From contig JYFJ02003712.1 of NCBI GenBank assembly GCA_000934665.2, positions 1 to 38,596 of the forward strand: a stretch of 38,596 bases of DNA, read 5' to 3'. A model generated the notes under the pieces. The model was given only the letters and a program-made list of their open reading frames with translations. It ran no database searches and was not told the DNA's origin. Positions 35,659-38,596 of this stretch are shown here, in pieces. The stretch's first letter is position 1, and every line of letters starts with the position of its first letter. Source of the DNA: Catajapyx aquilonaris (Eukaryota). The translations under genes were made by a program, and so were the position numbers.

Positions 35659-36233
35659 CGAGGGGTGTTTGATAAATAATGAGCCTACCTATGAAGGAGT
35701 ATAGTCTCAGGTGAATGGCACTTTAATACTTCTTTTCTAGTCCTCCTGGAGTGTGATTGTACTTCTCCCAGCAGTGGTCCAGCTTTTTGTCCCTTCGCGA
35801 AAAAATTATTTGTCTTGGTCATCCACCATTTACGGACAGCATCCATGTCGTCGTCGTTACTGTTGAAACACTGTTCTTCCAGGTGTCCTTTAAGTGTTGG
35901 GAACAGGTGATAAGTCAGATGGTGTCACCCAACAATTTGGCACAATCAGACTATCACCTGTTCCCAACACTACTGAAATAGCAAGGTTTCAACAGTAACC
36001 CTGCTGTCATGGATGCTGTCTGTAAATGATGTGGTGACCAATCGGTCACCACACCATTTACAGTCTTATTTGTCTTAAGACAAGTCCTTTTTTCGCGAAG
36101 GGACAAAAAGCTGGACCACTGCTGGGAGAAGTGCAATCACACTCCAGGAGGACTACGTAAAGAAGTACTAAAGTGCCATTCACCTGGAACAACTCCTTCA
36201 TATGTAGACTCACAATTTATAAAACACCCCTCG
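35659..36233. mobile_element. Mariner-derived non-autonomous element built from two inverted 3' ends
   Basis: TA|CGAGGGGTG...CACCCCTCG|TA. Contains SPNNLAQSDYHLFPTL (YSPDLAPSDYHLF-like) and a decayed KL...WEKC...DYV.K C-terminus, present on both arms in opposite orientation. Confidence 0.9.
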
Positions 36234-37598
36234 TATATGTATATAATAATTATATTTACTGTATAATTTTCCACGAATAACAAAACATAACCGGCTTATA
36301 ATAATTTAACTCACTATTGTACAGAAATAACATGTTCATAATATTGTATACAAGTTCTGTTTGCTTTATGAGGACACTAGGCTTGTATCAATTTTGATAT
36401 GATAAACACACAATTACTATAGGCAATATGTGATTTCAGTGATCCTAGTGTGTTGGTCACCCATACAGATATAGGGAACTCGTCGCTGATCTGTCTGTTC
36501 ACGCCTGTATACTGACCAGGCACCTATACTGCCTAAAAGCAGCCATCAGCAATAAGGGCACGTTCAGGTCGTTGTCGTCATACCCCACATTGTACTCTAT
36601 AAAGCAGAACACTCTCGTACTGTACACTTTCAGGGTGAAAACATGTCGCTGTTATTGAACCATCAATGTGTATCAGCTTATAACGCCAGCGTCACATTTA
36701 CCGCCTTGTGTATCGATGCGTGAGCACAACGGTTGCGGTGAACTCGTGCGTCCACAAGGGCACTATACAGAAAGACCGCTCCTGGTCTTTTTTTTATTAT
36801 TTTTTGCTCAACAAACGAAACACGTCAGATCGCCCTAGCTATTTTCCCGCGATTCAGAATTGGTTACCAGCTGGAATAATCGGCGTTTGAAAATCAATCA
36901 ACCCTGACATATGCGGAAAGTCACAGCTACTTGTATAGTGGAGCACTCACCCGATGTCCGGAACTGAGACCTTGATCTCATGAGGTGAGAGCTTCCATAT
37001 TTATGAAGCTTCCGATTTGAAAAAAGTTGCCGAATAATAGCTCGGCGAAAACACCCAATTTCTATGCCACGTCATTGAAAGTCATTGAAAGTCAAACCCG
37101 AAAATGGCCCCTCAATGGCATTCGATTTTTTAATAAACGTCCCACAACCGCCCAATTATTAATACGCAGGTGATTTCCCTCATCCACAGACTCGGAATTT
37201 CATTATTTCGTCTCCCCCTACCCATCAAAAGTACAGTATTGCAAATGTATAATAAGCTGCAGTGAGTGGCATGAAATGAGCTTTCCTTGAAAATCCCCCC
37301 GTCAATACGAGCTCACGAGACAGAAAATCAAAGGGAAATGCACCACACATTTTCCAACAAAGAATCGACGGTGTAACATTTCGCCTGTTACAAAACTAGT
37401 GTAATAACACCCGCCTTTTGTATATGCAAGCGTACCTCTATCATCAATCAAATTAAGTATAGGCGAAAAATGTATTGTCCACACAAGGAATGGTGCTCAT
37501 TCAGTTAGAGCAGCCATGCCCGTATATAGGGAAACCCGCATGAAGGAGTCGAGTGATGCTGGAAATAAAAGGAACAGCCAGACGAGAAAGTTACTCAC

Positions 37599-37765
37599 CG
37601 AGGGGAAAAAATCGGTGGAGTAATGTCGGAACAAGAGAGCTTCATCGTCACTCAACAGGGAGTTCCAGTCATGACGCTGATTGAACTCCGGGTTGCTCTT
37701 GCCCGTGTAGCGTTTGTTGATGCTGATTAGACGCCGATGTCGTGGGTACCTCTGGAAGAAGCTTC
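37599..37765 (-). CDS. FOXRED2: FOXRED2 (FAD-dependent oxidoreductase domain-containing 2), first coding exon inside the window; upstream exon(s) outside
   Basis: Translates (G)[55 protein letters not shown], matching the FOXRED2 block [23 protein letters not shown]...RHDWNSLLS. Acceptor tttacag, donor gtgagt; phase 1 in, phase 0 out. Confidence 0.96.
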
Positions 37766-37804
37766 CTGTAAACAAGAGTTGCATATTATAGTCTGAGTGG
37801 ATAT

Positions 37805-38057
37805 GGTTTGGTATTGGTTTTTTATACCCCATTGGGAGAATCGGCGTTCCATTAGGGGGGTGGAATACCACCATTGAATGGTGCCAAGAGGGAAGCGGCT
37901 GTGGCCTATTATACGGAAGCTACCCCGGAATTATCCTGGGAGGACTGTGGGAAACCACAGAAAACCACGGTCGGAATCGCCGGCCCCGGGAATCGAACCC
38001 GCAGGACCTCCCGATTAGCAGTCTGGCTCCTGAACCCCTACACCAACCTGCTTCGGT
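37805..38057 (-). mobile_element. tRNA-derived SINE, family B, second copy
   Basis: Same ACCGAAGCAG head, GACTGCTAATCGGGAG, GGTTCGATTCCC and GGTTTTCTGTGGTTTCCCA body as 25688; 13-bp TSD tctgagtggatat (37792-37804, 38058-38070). Confidence 0.92.
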
Positions 38058-38596
38058 TCTGAGTGGATATTGTAAAGTCATTTCTGCAAACCCCGCAAAG
38101 TCACATATACCCAATAATTCACAGGTTGCCAACAACATATTTATTATACTCTCAAGTGAGCACCTCATGCAAAACGCCCCCGTCGCCAGGAATCCCGGTC
38201 ATCAGTCTGGCAAGGCTCCAGCCCATAAGCTCTATAGGGAAGACAAAGTCAAACAGCCGTAACTTCGTTAATTATACTTAAATAGTAATAATTTTCATGT
38301 GATAGTACGTTCACACATTACTGATTACCCTGACTACCGAAAAAATAATCGATCCCAATTCCATGGAGACATATGTGGTGTCTATCACTCTTATGGCGTT
38401 TTGCATTACAATGCCTGTGGACAGTGAAAACCCAACTTTCCCTTGAAATATTTCAATTATACCAAAATGATAGCAAGTATATGATGTGTGTGACAACACG
38501 ACACGTTCATTTATAAGATTGGTGCACAATTAATTGATAAAATGTGGTGTCTATACGATCCGAGTGAACATCATCCTGGGTGTTAGGCAAATATCG

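Noticed and set aside
38155..38240. Candidate upstream FOXRED2 exon
   Set aside because: It has an acceptor-like site, but no frame gives the expected GAGPAGLQ...FER motif, so the first exon must lie outside the window.

Overview
Repeat-rich eukaryotic genomic DNA, probably from an arthropod or insect judging by the SINE/MITE types and intron style. It is not prokaryotic, and most ORF-track calls are noise. The backbone is a minus-strand, intron-split FOXRED2 gene. Nine coding exons run from 37765 to the stop at 8352, all with GT-AG boundaries and compatible phases (about 576 codons); the first exon(s) lie beyond the right edge. At the left is the probable 3' end of a convergent plus-strand gene with a chain of micro-exons. 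The introns hold three tRNA-derived SINE families with clean TSDs, 5'-truncated LINE tails, many palindromic MITEs (Tc1/mariner-, Harbinger-, Merlin- and P/hAT-like, several nested) and a free tRNA-like cloverleaf. Best leads: (1) a decayed, SINE-interrupted ORF (18.5-19.9 kb) whose reconstructed peptide resembles the phytoreovirus P8 outer-capsid protein, i.e. a candidate endogenous dsRNA-virus element; (2) a covarying 3'-terminal RNA structure shared by five different retroposon insertions; (3) a 742-bp foldback with hairpin-rich arms and a flipped second copy of its core, next to Polinton-like integrase remnants. All family assignments rest on motif recognition and recall, not database searches.
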